A stretch of 64,000 bases of DNA from positions 23,064,836-23,128,835 of the forward strand of contig NC_068999.1 of assembly GCF_001194135.2 (NCBI RefSeq), in the 5' to 3' direction. The notes below the pieces were generated by a model. It was not told where the DNA came from. It saw only the letters and a program-made list of their open reading frames with translations, and searched no databases. The first letter of the stretch is position 1, and every line of letters begins with the position of its first letter. The translations under genes were made by a program, and so were the position numbers. Source of the stretch: Octopus bimaculoides. Lineage: Eukaryota. Below, in pieces: positions 12,885 to 25,102 of this stretch.

Positions 12885-13090
12885 AGGGTGGCGAGCTGGC
12901 AGAAATGTAAGCACACCAGGCATTTTGTCTGTCTTTACGTTCTGAGTTCAAATTCTGCCAAGGTCAACTTTGCCTTTCATCCTTTCAGGGTCAATAAATT
13001 AAGTACCAGTTGCATACTGGGGTCGATCTAATCGACTGGCCTCCTCCCCAAAAATTTTGGGCCTTGTGCTTAGAGTAGAAAAGATTATTT
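12885..13090 (+). mobile_element. tRNA-derived SINE family B
   Basis: GGCGAGCTGGCAGAA head, B-box-like GTTCTGAGTTCAAATTC, and GGTCAACTTTGCCTTTCATCCTTTC..AATAAATTAAGTACCAG; also seen at 17.2-17.6, 35.6 and 62.8 kb. Confidence 0.8.
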
Positions 13091-13273
13091 TTGGCAGTGG
13101 GTATGTACTGTCATGTATATGAAATATTAGTAATATTCAAGGATTAATGAGAAAGTATAAAGTCTTCAAGTACAAAATTTATTGTTTTACCTACTGTTCT
13201 GAATTGACTCACAATTCTCTACAATTAATAGAAATGTTGCCATCTTTTAATAACGCAGGTAGGCTAGTGTACA

Positions 13274-13569
13274 TATCTACATGTTGACACTCCGTCGCTT
13301 ACGACGTCGAGGGTTCCAGTTGATCCAATCAATGGAACAGCCTGCTCATGAAATTAACGTGCAAGTGGCTGAGCACTCCACAGACACGTGTACCCTTAAT
13401 GCAGTTCTCGGGGATATTCAGCATGACACAGTGTGACAAGGCTGACCCTTTGAATTACAGGCACAACGGAAACAGGAAGTAAGAGTGAGAGAAAGTTGTG
13501 GTGAAAGAGTACAGCAGGGTTCACCACCATCCCCTGCCGGAGCCTTGTGGAGCTTTAGGTGTTTTCGCT
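13274..13569 (-). mobile_element. SINE family C fragment
   Basis: GGGTTCCAGTTGATCC..GTGGCTGAGCACTCCACAGACACGTGTACCCTT..ATTCAGCATGACACAG is shared with 46850-47170, which carries a tRNA-like head. Confidence 0.7.
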
Positions 13570-14384
13570 NNNNNNNNNNNNNNNNNNNNNNNNNNNNNNN
13601 NNNNNNNNNNNNNNNNNNNNNNNNNNNNNNNNNNNNNNNNNNNNNNNNNNNNNNNNNNNNNNNNNNNNNNNNNNNNNNNNNNNNNNNNNNNNNNNNNNNN
13701 NNNNNNNNNNNNNNNNNNNNNNNNNNNNNNNNNNNNNNNNNNNNNNNNNNNNNNNNNNNNNNNNNNNNNNNNNNNNNNNNNNNNNNNNNNNNNNNNNNNN
13801 NNNNNNNNNNNNNNNNNNNNNNNNNNNNNNNNNNNNNNNNNNNNNNNNNNNNNNNNNNNNNNNNNNNNNNNNNNNNNNNNNNNNNNNNNNNNNNNNNNNN
13901 NNNNNNNNNNNNNNNNNNNNNNNNNNNNNNNNNNNNNNNNNNNNNNNNNNNNNNNNNNNNNNNNNNNNNNNNNNNNNNNNNNNNNNNNNNNNNNNNNNNN
14001 NNNNNNNNNNNNNNNNNNNNNNNNNNNNNNNNNNNNNNNNNNNNNNNNNNNNNNNNNNNNNNNNNNNNNNNNNNNNNNNNNNNNNNNNNNNNNNNNNNNN
14101 NNNNNNNNNNNNNNNNNNNNNNNNNNNNNNNNNNNNNNNNNNNNNNNNNNNNNNNNNNNNNNNNNNNNNNNNNNNNNNNNNNNNNNNNNNNNNNNNNNNN
14201 NNNNNNNNNNNNNNNNNNNNNNNNNNNNNNNNNNNNNNNNNNNNNNNNNNNNNNNNNNNNNNNNNNNNNNNNNNNNNNNNNNNNNNNNNNNNNNNNNNNN
14301 NNNNNNNNNNNNNNNNNNNNNNNNNNNNNNNNNNNNNNNNNNNNNNNNNNNNNNNNNNNNNNNNNNNNNNNNNNNNNNNNNNNN

Positions 14385-14475
<91 letters not shown>

Positions 14476-15139
14476 TAATAGAAATAGTATGACAACAAAA
14501 GAATGAATGAGACCTCGATATTATGTAAATAGTGTAATTTATCTGTAATATAACATGCGACAATTATTCGGTTGCCATAATAAAACTCGGAGTTTCAGGT
14601 GTCAGGGCAGAAATCCGTTATTAAGACAAACAAAAATGCTATGCAAATGACCATTAAACAAAGCGAAATTACTATGTAAATGACCATTATTAAAACAAAC
14701 AAAGGAGCTATTAGAATGACCGCTAAATAAAGGGAAAAAGCCCGAAGGAGAGAAAGTAAAAAATGCTCATAGAATTCGCGTATGCATGCATGTACATACA
14801 TACACATGTGAGCACACACACCCATGTACATGTGCTTATATGCATATGCTCACTCACACTTGTGTGAAACACATAATGTACACCCACACACACGCCTATA
14901 TGTGCATATATATATATACATATATATAGTTCGAATTTATAGAAAAACAAAGATAAAGACAGGTGTAGGAACAAGCAAGTGTATTAGTTTGACACTGGAA
15001 AAAAAGCAAACATATATATATATATATATATATGTACATATATACATACACACACATCCACACCCACACACCCACATGCACACGCACACACACATACACA
15101 AATACACATGTATATATATACATATATACATATACATAT

Positions 15140-15191
<52 letters not shown>

Positions 15192-15549
15192 ATATATATN
15201 NNNNNNNNNNNNNNNNNNNNNNNNNNNNNNNNNNNNNNNNNNNNNNNNNNNNNNNNNNNNNNNNNNNNNNNNNNNNNNNNNNNNNNNNNNNNNNNNNNNN
15301 NNNNNNNNNNNNNNNNNNNNNNNNNNNNNNNNNNNNNNNNNNNNNNNNNNNNNNNNNNNNNNNNNNNNNNNNNNNNNNNNNNNNNNNNNNNNNNNNNNNN
15401 NNNNNNNNNNNNNNNNNNNNNNNNNNNNNNNNNNNNNNNNNNNNNNNNNNNNNNNNNNNNNNNNNNNNNNNNNNNNNNNNNNNNNNNNNNNNNNNNNNNN
15501 NNNNNNNNNNNNNNNNNNNNNNNNNNNNNNNNNNNNNNNNNNNNNNNNN

Positions 15550-16500
15550 ATATATCATCATTATCATCATCATCATCATCATCATCGTTTAATGCCCGTT
15601 TTCCATGCTGGCATAGGCTGGACGGTTTGACTAAGGTCTGGAGAGCCAGCGGCTGCACCAGGCTCCAATCCGATCTGACAATATTTCTACAGCTGGATGC
15701 CCTTCCTAACGCCAACCACTCCAAGAGTGTAGTGGCTGCTTTTTACATGCCACCGGCACAGGAGCTGGTCAGGGGGTACTGGCATCTGTCACAATTGGTT
15801 GGTGCTTTTTACTTGCCCTCAGGCAAACCTGGTATCAACCATGTTTGGATGGTGCTATTTACATGCCACCAGCATGGGAACCAGCCAGGGGGCACTGGCC
15901 CCAGCTACGATATTGGTTTTACTTGACTCAACAGCTCTTCTCAAACATATCATATCACCCGATGCATCAGGAATATTCTTAACAGGGCTGGACGTGTGTG
16001 ACTGCGATCTCACTTTAGTTGCCAGGTCTTCTCAATCACAGCATATCTCCAAAGGTCCCAGTCTCCTGTCATTGCTTCTGTGAGGCCCAATGTTTGAAAA
16101 TCATGCTTCACCACCTCATCCTATGTCTTTCTGGGTCTACCTCTTCCACAGGTTCCTTCTACAGTTAGGGAGTGGCATTTCCTCACACAGCTGTCTTCAT
16201 TCATACATAACACATGGCCATACCAGCACAGTCGCCTCTCTTGCACACCACATTTGATGCTTCTTATGCCCAACTTTTCTTTCAGAACACTTACACTCTG
16301 TCGTGTATGCACACTAACATTACACATCCAGCAGATCATATAGCTTCATATCTTTCAAGCCTATGCATGTCCTCAGCATTCATGGCCCATGTTTTACTGC
16401 CATGTAGCATGGCAGTTCACACACATGCATCATACAGTCTACCTTTCACCCTGAGCAAGAGGCCCTTAGTTGCCACCAGAGGTAGGAGCTCCCTGAACTT
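15550..16500 (-). mobile_element. RTE-clade LINE 3' portion with (GAT)n tail
   Basis: ORF 16121-16339 LKEKLGIRSIKCGVQERRLCWYGHVLCMNEDSCVRKC..VEGTCGRGRPRKT is a typical RTE C-terminus; the 3' UTR ends in (CAT)n on the plus strand at ~15556-15587. Confidence 0.85.
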
Positions 16501-16503
16501 TGC

Positions 16504-16540
<37 letters not shown>

Positions 16541-16665
16541 NNNNNNNNNNNNNNNNNNNNNNNNNNNNNNNNNNNNNNNNNNNNNNNNNNNNNNNNNNNN
16601 NNNNNNNNNNNNNNNNNNNNNNNNNNNNNNNNNNNNNNNNNNNNNNNNNNNNNNNNNNNNNNNNN

Positions 16666-16768
16666 TAGCGGAATACCAAAGCGTAAGCGTGCAAGACATT
16701 TAAAATTACCGAAAAAAAAAAAAAAAATTTTTAAATGTCTTGCCCGCTTACACTTTGGTATTCCGCTA
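16666..16768. repeat. Palindromic MITE-like hairpin (~40-bp arms around an A-tract)
   Basis: TAGCGGAATACCAAAGCGTAAGCGTGCAAGACATTTAAAA ... TTTTAAATGTCTTGCCCGCTTACACTTTGGTATTCCGCTA. Confidence 0.75.
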
Positions 16769-16989
16769 AATTTTGTTTTGAGAACAATTTAGGTCTTAAT
16801 AGACACAAGATGGGATCTATTTCTAGCACATTGAATGTCCACGTTAGTGGTCAACGTTATATATAAAAATATACTTTAATCCCCTGAGATTGCAGATACT
16901 GTTTCTGAATCTCTTTGATTCTTTAAATGTGCTAGCTTCCTGGTAATTAATCGATATTAATTAATATATGATTTTTTACCCTATGTTTT

Positions 16990-17038
<49 letters not shown>

Positions 17039-17219
17039 ATACACACACATATATATATATACTTATATACACATATATATGCACACACACACACACATAC
17101 ACATACGTATAATGAGTTTTGGCTAAAAAGCAGAAACATATTTGCAGTTGTCTCCCTTACTTGCAGCAAAAATGTTAAAAATAATATCATAAATTGATAA
17201 ATATTGGTTTCATATTTTG

Positions 17220-17565
17220 GTACAAAGCCAGCAGTTTTGGGGAAGGAATAAGACAACTAAATTAATTCCCTATTGCTCAGCTGGTATTTATTTTATCCAC
17301 CCTAAAAGGATGAAAGGTCAATCCTAGCAGAATTTGAATTCAGGACATAAAGGCAGACAAAGCGCTGCTAAGCATATCACCTGGTGTCTTAGCAATTCTG
17401 CCAGCTTATCACCTTATAAATTGACAAAATACTCTTTTCTACTCTAGGCACAAGTTCCAAAATTTTTGGGGAGGAGTTCAGCTGATCAGATCGACCCCAG
17501 TATGCAACTGGTACCTAATTTATTGACCTTAAAAGGATGAAAGGCAAAGTTGACCTCAACGGAAA
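17220..17565 (-). mobile_element. Two partial SINE family B copies
   Basis: AAAGGATGAAAGG(C/T)..., CTGGTA..TATT and GAATTTGAATTCAG are the reverse complement of 12885-13090 motifs. Confidence 0.7.
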
Positions 17566-17989
17566 AATTGGCAAAATATTATTTAATCACTGTGTATTTT
17601 ATTCAACTTTAGGTTTTTAATGTTCCATGCATTAAATATGCTATCTACTGACCTACTGTTTATCATGCAAATGACATCTCAGAATAGCCAGCAAATATAT
17701 ATTTTTGTACATATATACAAAGTGATTCATTTGCTATCACTTAAAGAAGTTATAGCAGGTACAGGCTTATAAAAATGTTCAAATAAGTTGAGACATGTCT
17801 GGCTTGTTTTTTGTACTTGATAAATAATGGAAAAATATTAGTCATAAGTAAGTTTCCCTCCTCTCATACATATTGTATGTATCCTACTTTAGATTTCTTT
17901 CTTTTTTTTTTTTGTCTTCTATGCATTAAATATGTTGACACATAGTTCTTTTATAGAAACTTTTTTGTTGTTGCTATACTGTCAAACAT

Positions 17990-19686
17990 TGTTATTATTA
18001 TGATTATTATTGAGTGAGAGAGCAGTGAATGACATCAAAATGGCACTGGGGTACAAATATACGAAGCCCAATTTACCCATCATGACTACCCATCTGATAA
18101 GAGCTCGCCAAGCACATGTATCACAACCATATGTGCATGACATGGTGATTTCATATCAAGATAAACAGCGCATGACCTAGAAGGTGGGACCCAGTTAGAA
18201 TTTTCTTCAGGTCAAGTAACCCATCCCACTCAAATACGTCTCTGAATAAGGGTTGTTAAAGGAAGTTAAATGAAACATCTATGTTTCCAGAGGTGAATTA
18301 TTAAAACCCCCAAAAATTCTTTTCAACATATGGTTATGATGCTTCCCCACTACTTTTGCTCATGATGCACATTTTGTCAGTCACCAAGGGACTTGCTCAA
18401 CAGGTCTTCTTTGCTGTTTACCAAATATCCTGCCATGTTTCTTCTTTCACTGTTGATGCACTTCCATATGCTAATCAGCCTACGTCCACCCTTACCTCTC
18501 TTCATGTAGAGCCTGTGTGCATTTGCCTTAGGGTGGAAGGCACCATGCATTGTTGTTGTCTTTCAGATAGTGCGATCGAGTTGGTCAATCTCTGCTTGTG
18601 TCCATCTCAGGATGGGTGCCCTATAACAGACTACAGCAACAGCCCATATGTTGATGGCAGTCACAAGGTTCCTTGAGTTGAGCTTTGATTTCAAGAAAAG
18701 TTTAAGGCATTTGATATATGCAGTGATGACCTTGTCTTTCATTTCTCTGTGCAAGATATTGTCCAGCTCCTGGATCCCAAGGTACTTGTACCCATCATCA
18801 TCCGGGTCTTCCATTCTCTCTCCATTTGGCAATTCTTTGCCTCTACAATTTACTCTTTTATCCTGGTTCAAAGTAAGCACCGCACACTTCGAGATACCGA
18901 ATTCCATCCCTATATCGTTGCTGCACATTTGCACAGTCTCAACCAGCCTCTCCATTTCAGGCTTTGTTTTTGTGAACAGTTTTAAATCATCCATGATAGC
19001 ACACGTTGATAGCTCATAGTGCACGTTGATTTTACGTAGGACTACAGAAAGTGGGATCGAGGCTATAACAAATAACAGAGGTTAACAAGAGTCTCCCTGG
19101 AAGATATCTCTTTTGATTGTTATCTCGGCTAAGTGCTGGTTATTACAGGAAAGATGCGTTTTCCAACTATGCTTGCTGTTCTTAATCAGTGCACATGCAT
19201 TCTCAGCTATTCCACACATGTTGAGTGTTTCCAAAATCCATGAATGCAGTAACACGTTGTAAGCCTTTTTGAAGTCTATCCAGGCCACGCAAAAGTTTTT
19301 TGGTACCATTTACAGTTCTTCATTACAACCTTGTCTATCAGAAGGTGGGTCCTTGGTGCCCTTGGATCCTTTTGGGCATCCCTTTTGTTCTACTGGCAGA
19401 AGATTGTTTTCTGCAAGGAACGTATATATTTTCCCTGTGAGGGTACCTGTTAATACTTTCCACAGAAAGTTAAGACAAGTAATGGGTCAGTAATTGCCAA
19501 CCTCATTGCCCTTTGACCAATCTTTCATTAACAATATGGTTCTTCCCTCTATCATCCACTCTGGAACTGTACCACTCTGTAGGAAATTGTCTAATTGCAA
19601 CAGAATTCTCTTGTGAGCCAGTAGCCTTGAATTCTGTCTGGTCTTGCCACTTGCCAGTTTGGCAGTTTTGATACCTGTGCAATGAC
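17990..19686 (-). mobile_element. Decayed R4/Dong LINE (RT fragments) joined to part of a ~540-bp non-coding repeat
   Basis: ORFs 19082-19309 (VAWIDFKKAYN..HSWILETL..GI..RDIFQGDS) and 18563-19024 (MDDLKLF..DIGMEFGISKCA..YKYLGI..NSRNLVTAINIWAV). Confidence 0.85.
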
Positions 19687-19975
19687 ATATTATTATTATT
19701 ATTGTTCAGTAGTTTTATTTTTATAACGTGCTTTCACTTCACTACCGAGCGCAGCTCTGTGTGCCTTGGGTATATGCTGTGGTTTGCTGTGATGCTCTTA
19801 TGGTTACTGTATTGAAAGTGTTTTGCGTAGGATGTGTGCAGTGCCCCGTAGTGCAGTTTTCTGTATGTTATATATATTTGTAAGTCCTGGTATTTTTGTT
19901 ATGTATTTGTCTGAATATTTTTTTATTATACCTAAGGCACCTACTATGATAGGAATTGTTTCTGTTTTTAGATTC

Positions 19976-20027
<52 letters not shown>
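19687..20027 (-). mobile_element. Short 5'-truncated R4/Dong 3' end between two (TAA)n tracts
   Basis: 19705-19975 is nearly identical to 34033-34301; (TAT)n on the left and (ATT)n on the right. Confidence 0.9.
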
Positions 20028-20365
20028 NNNNNNNNNNNNNNNNNNNNNNNNNNNNNNNNNNNNNNNNNNNNNNNNNNNNNNNNNNNNNNNNNNNNNNNNN
20101 NNNNNNNNNNNNNNNNNNNNNNNNNNNNNNNNNNNNNNNNNNNNNNNNNNNNNNNNNNNNNNNNNNNNNNNNNNNNNNNNNNNNNNNNNNNNNNNNNNNN
20201 NNNNNNNNNNNNNNNNNNNNNNNNNNNNNNNNNNNNNNNNNNNNNNNNNNNNNNNNNNNNNNNNNNNNNNNNNNNNNNNNNNNNNNNNNNNNNNNNNNNN
20301 NNNNNNNNNNNNNNNNNNNNNNNNNNNNNNNNNNNNNNNNNNNNNNNNNNNNNNNNNNNNNNNNN

Positions 20366-20693
20366 TGAATAAGGTTTGTTTAAGGATGTTGAGCAAAACA
20401 CCCATGTTTCCAAAGGTGAATTATTCAAACCCCAAAGAATTCCTCTCAACAGATGGCTATGATGCTCCCCCACTACTTCTGCTCATGATCAGAGATGCAC
20501 ATATCATCAGCCACCAAGGGACATGCTCAACTGGTTACGGTCAAACAACTGACAAGCAAATCTGTGGTATTAAGCAGAATATTTGCTGTAGCCCATCTTT
20601 TATACCAAGACAAAACAATGTACATAACACTTCCAATCAATTAAGATCAGAAACCATGACAGCCACTGCCTGGTACTGCAACCAGGCATTTTA

Positions 20694-20744
<51 letters not shown>

Positions 20745-20745
20745 T
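20366..20745 (-). mobile_element. ~540-bp non-coding TAA-flanked repeat (5' part)
   Basis: Reverse complement of 27806-28100; ends in ACTGCCTGGTACTGCAACCAGGC, then (ATT)n. Confidence 0.75.
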
Positions 20746-21118
20746 GAACTGTTTAGTGTATCTTGAAATTTATTACTCTAACTTGCATCAGTTGAGTCTT
20801 TCTCAGTAACTAAACATTATGATAAGAAATTATGTACACAGTAACACTGAATTGTCATTTATAATAGTTAATAGCAGTGATCACTCAGTGTAATAGCCTC
20901 ACTCAGTAATCATCCTTCATTTTATTTTTTACTTCTTTCAGTCATTAGACTGTGGCCATGCTGGGGAACTCCTTTGAAGAATTTTTAGTCGAATGAATCA
21001 ACCACAGTACCCAAATTTTTTTAAGCTTGGTACTCATTCTATCAGCCTCTTTTGCTGAACTGCCAAGTTACAGGGATGTAAACACACCAGCACTGGCTGT
21101 GAGAATGAACACCATCAA

Positions 21119-21153
<35 letters not shown>

Positions 21154-21214
21154 CACACACATGCACATATATACATATGTGTATGTACATATATGTGTGT
21201 ATATGTGTATATAC

Positions 21215-21245
<31 letters not shown>

Positions 21246-21318
21246 AAGTTGACAATATACTACAACTTTGTCGCTCCACTACTGCTTAAATCTCTCTGAG
21301 AGATTTAGAAATATTATA

Positions 21319-21364
<46 letters not shown>

Positions 21365-21368
<4 letters not shown>

Positions 21369-22080
21369 TCATCATCGTCATCGTTTAACGTCCGTTTTCC
21401 ATGGTAGCATGGGTTGGACGATTTGACTGAGGTCTGGTGAAACCAGATGTCTACACCAGGCTCCAATCTGATTTGGCAGAGTTTCTACAGCTGGATGCCC
21501 TTCCTAATGCCAACCACTCAGAGAGTGTAGTGGGTGCTTTTCATGTGCCACCGGCACAAAGGCCAATCAGGCGGTACTGGCAACACACATACATATGCAG
21601 TAATTTAAAACATGAAAGAGGCAGGCTTTTGTTAGAGGTCTACTAAACTCTAAGTTTCATGGAGCTGAATCAAACTATTTTAAATACATTTAACCCCTAC
21701 TAAATGTGTTGAGTACCCTTCTCTTTTGTTTGTCCACTCATCATCATCATCATCATCATCATTTAATGTCTACTTTCAATACTGGCATGTGTTAGACAGT
21801 TTGACTGAGGACTGGCTAGCCAAGAGGCTGCACCAGGCTCCAATCTGATCTGGTAAGGTTTCCACAGCTGGATGCCCTTTCAAATACCAACCACTCTGAG
21901 AGTGTAGTGGGTGTTTTTTACGTGTCACCAGCATGAGGGCCAGTCAGGCAGCTCTGGTATTGACCATGCTCGAATGGTCCTTTTTACTTGCCACCAGCAT
22001 GAGAGCCAGTCAGGTGGCACTGGCATCAACCATGCTTGAATGGTGCTATTTATGTGCCACCAGCACAGGAGCCAGCCAGG
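21365..22080 (-). mobile_element. Two RTE LINE 3'-UTR fragments
   Basis: (CAT)n-GTTTAA..TCC..TTTCCATG..GGATGCCCTT..CCAACCACTC..GAGTGTAGTGGGTG occurs at 21365-21590 and 21740-22080. Confidence 0.8.
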
Positions 22081-22774
22081 TGGCACTATGTATGTAATGG
22101 ACTTCTTTCAGTTTTCATCAACCAAATCCACTCACAAGGCTTTGGTCAGCCTAAGGCTATAGTAGAAGACACTTGCCCAAAGTACAACGCAGTGGGACTG
22201 AACCTAGAACCATGTGGTTGGGAAGCAAGCTTCTTACCATGCAACCACATCCTATAAAGAGTTGGCGCAAATATGAGATTATTTTGTTATTGCTAATGTT
22301 TAGCTCTATATCACTAAGTGACCTATGATTCAAGTTATTCCAGCTGTGACTGGGCTTTTTTGCTCTTGTTTATCTACGACTATCCTTCTTCAAGAAAGGA
22401 TAATCTAGGATTATCCTTTTTCAAAAAAGGATCATCTAAGATTATCCTTTTTCAAAAGATTGTAGATTGTGTGTGATTTGAGGGAAATTAGCTTTTCTTT
22501 CAAGCATGTTGAGAGACCATATACAAGCTCACTTGTGGGTCCATTAATGGGAATTATGGGTAAAATACTATATATGCTTGGGGGAGGGATGTTGTGTGTG
22601 TGTGTGTGTGCATTTATATGTCAGCATAAATAATGCTGTTGTCAAGAAGCTGAACTTCCTGAAAGAGATAACAAAGAACTGCAACATATGGCAAGACACT
22701 TTACTAGAGGAAATCTGTCTAACCCATGCAAGCATGGATAAGCAAATAGATAAATGATGATGATCTTTATATTT

Positions 22775-22971
22775 TATCTTTTACTTGTTTCAGTCATTAG
22801 GCTGCAGCCGTGCTGGGGCACCACCTTGAAGAATTTTTACTCAAATGAATCAATCCCAGTACTTAATTTTGTTAAGCCTGGTACATGTTCTATTGGTCGC
22901 TTTTGCCGAACCACTACGTTACAGGGATGTAAACACACCAACACCAGTTGTCAAACGGTGGTGCGGGACAG

Positions 22972-23002
<31 letters not shown>

Positions 23003-23178
23003 TTCATATATACAATGAGCTTCTTTCAGTTTCCATCTACCGAATCCACTCACAAGGCTTTGATCGGCCTGAGGCTATAGTAGAAGACACTCGCCCAAGG
23101 TGCCACGTAGTAGTACTATACCTGGAACCATGTAATTGGGAAGCAAGCTTCTTACCACACTACCATGCTTGCACCAGC
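22775..23178 (-). mobile_element. SINE family A, near full length
   Basis: Colinear with 58185-58558, including the central (CA)n. Confidence 0.85.
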
Positions 23179-23454
23179 ATGATGATGATGATGACAATGA
23201 TGATGATGACAATGATGATGCAGAAGCGGAAGTGGTGGAGGAGAAGCACAATGAAATAAGAATGACAACAATAACATATAAATATAAATGGTATATTAAA
23301 AAATATACTGGTGTAAATTAATATTTTTATTCATTGTACAATAATAATTTCATATCTATAGTTTGACTTGTTAAGTACTCTCTTAACGAGTTGAGTCCAT
23401 GAGCTCATTTGTGGTTGTTGTCTGGTCATTCTAGTTTATTTATATTACAAATGT

Positions 23455-23838
23455 TGGCATAGCTGTAAGGTAAGAGCTATGCTTCCCAACCACATGTTTC
23501 AGGATTCAGTCCCACAGCATGGTGCTTTGAACAAATATCTTCTACTATAGCCTTGGGATCAAAGCCTGTGAATAGATTTGGTAGGTGGAAAGTGAAAGAA
23601 GCTTATGTGTGTGTGCATGTCTAAGTGTTTGTCTTTGTCTGCATTCCGCCCCCTCACCTTGCTTGACAACTGGTGTTGGTTTGTTCATGTCCTTATAATT
23701 CAGCAGTTCAGCAAAATACAACAATAGAATAAGTATTGGACTTCAAAAAGTACTGAAGTCAATTTGTTGAACTAAACCCTTTAAGGCAGTACCCCAGCAT
23801 GGCCACAGTCCAATGATTGAAACAAGTAAAAGGTAAAG
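23455..23838 (+). mobile_element. SINE family A, near full length
   Basis: Head GGCATAGCTGTAAGGTAAG through tail GAAACAAGTAAAAG. Confidence 0.85.
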
Positions 23839-24164
23839 GATAATGCTCTTAAAGGAAGGTTAGAAGTTCTAATATAATTTACCCTCTCAGCTACAAATAT
23901 AAGCTTATGCCTACACAAGAGGAACAGAAATATTTCTGTTGCCTGCTTTTAACTAAGATAAAACTCCAACATCTTTACTAATAGATCGAGTGAGCAAGCA
24001 AGAGTTAAAATATACACAATGCTGCATATATCTTTGTATACACAGCACAGCTTTTCTAAGGAATAGGCACTGTCAGTGCTTTATGTCATTGATCAGTACT
24101 TCTAAGACCTCATTTAGATGGTTGAGGCTCTCTTAGTTTAGAACTCCAGAACAGTCAACAGATA

Positions 24165-24578
24165 TTCTTTTACTTCTTTCAGTCATTTGACTGCAGCCAT
24201 GCTGGAGCACCGCCTTAATGGGTTGAAGAAATCAACCCCAGGACTTATCCTTTGTAAATCTAGTACTTATTTTATCAGCCTCTTTTGTCAAACTGCTAAG
24301 TTATGGGGAAGTAAAACACACCAACATTGGTTGTCAACCAATGGTGGGGTGAGGGACAAATACAGGCATAAAGACACACAAACATAAATATATATGTATA
24401 TATACTCATATATATATGATGGGCTTCTTTCAGTTTCTGTCTACCAAAATCCACTCAAAAGGCTTTGGTCAGCCTGAGGCTATAGTACAAGACACTTGCC
24501 CCAATTGGCCATGCAGTGGAACTGAACTCAGAACCATGTGGTTGGGAAGCAAGCTTCTTACCACACTGCCATGCTGGC
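24165..24578 (-). mobile_element. SINE family A, near full length
   Basis: Colinear with 58185-58558. Confidence 0.85.
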
Positions 24579-25102
24579 ATCTATGTTGATATATTGTTTC
24601 ATTTTTTTTTTCATGTAGCCACAAGATTTATTTTGAACGGTACATTATGTTAAAACATTCATGCCTCTTTTTATAGAGCATTAATGATATAAATAAAATA
24701 GAATGAGCTCATGGACTCTACTCATTAAGAGGAGAATCTAATGAGTCAAAATGAATATTAAACTGTTACCATACAGCAAATGAAAATATTAATTTACACC
24801 AGTATATTTTGTGAAATTCTATTTTTATTTTTATATCTTCATTATTGTCATCATCATTGTCGTCATTATCATCATCATCGTCATCAGTTGGTATGTTTCG
24901 TTTTCCATGTTTGCTTCAGTTAAGCATGTCTTGCCATGTGTTGCTGTCCTTTGTCATTTCATTTGTGAAGTTGTCGTTTCACATGAACAATGCACACACA
25001 CACACACACACATAAATGCGTGTGTATATGAATGTATAATATTTAATTCAGTTGCATCAGTTTCTTGCTATTCTGGAGTTTTTCCTGAGTGCTCATGAGA
25101 TC

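Noticed and set aside
13418-14563. Long ORFs of 300-490 aa in the track
   Set aside because: Their length comes from N runs translated as X. Only the 34130-35614 ORF has real coding flanks, and it is a LINE.
22381-22455. Palindromic direct repeats as a CRISPR-like array
   Set aside because: Only about two units, no spacers, no cas genes, eukaryotic context.
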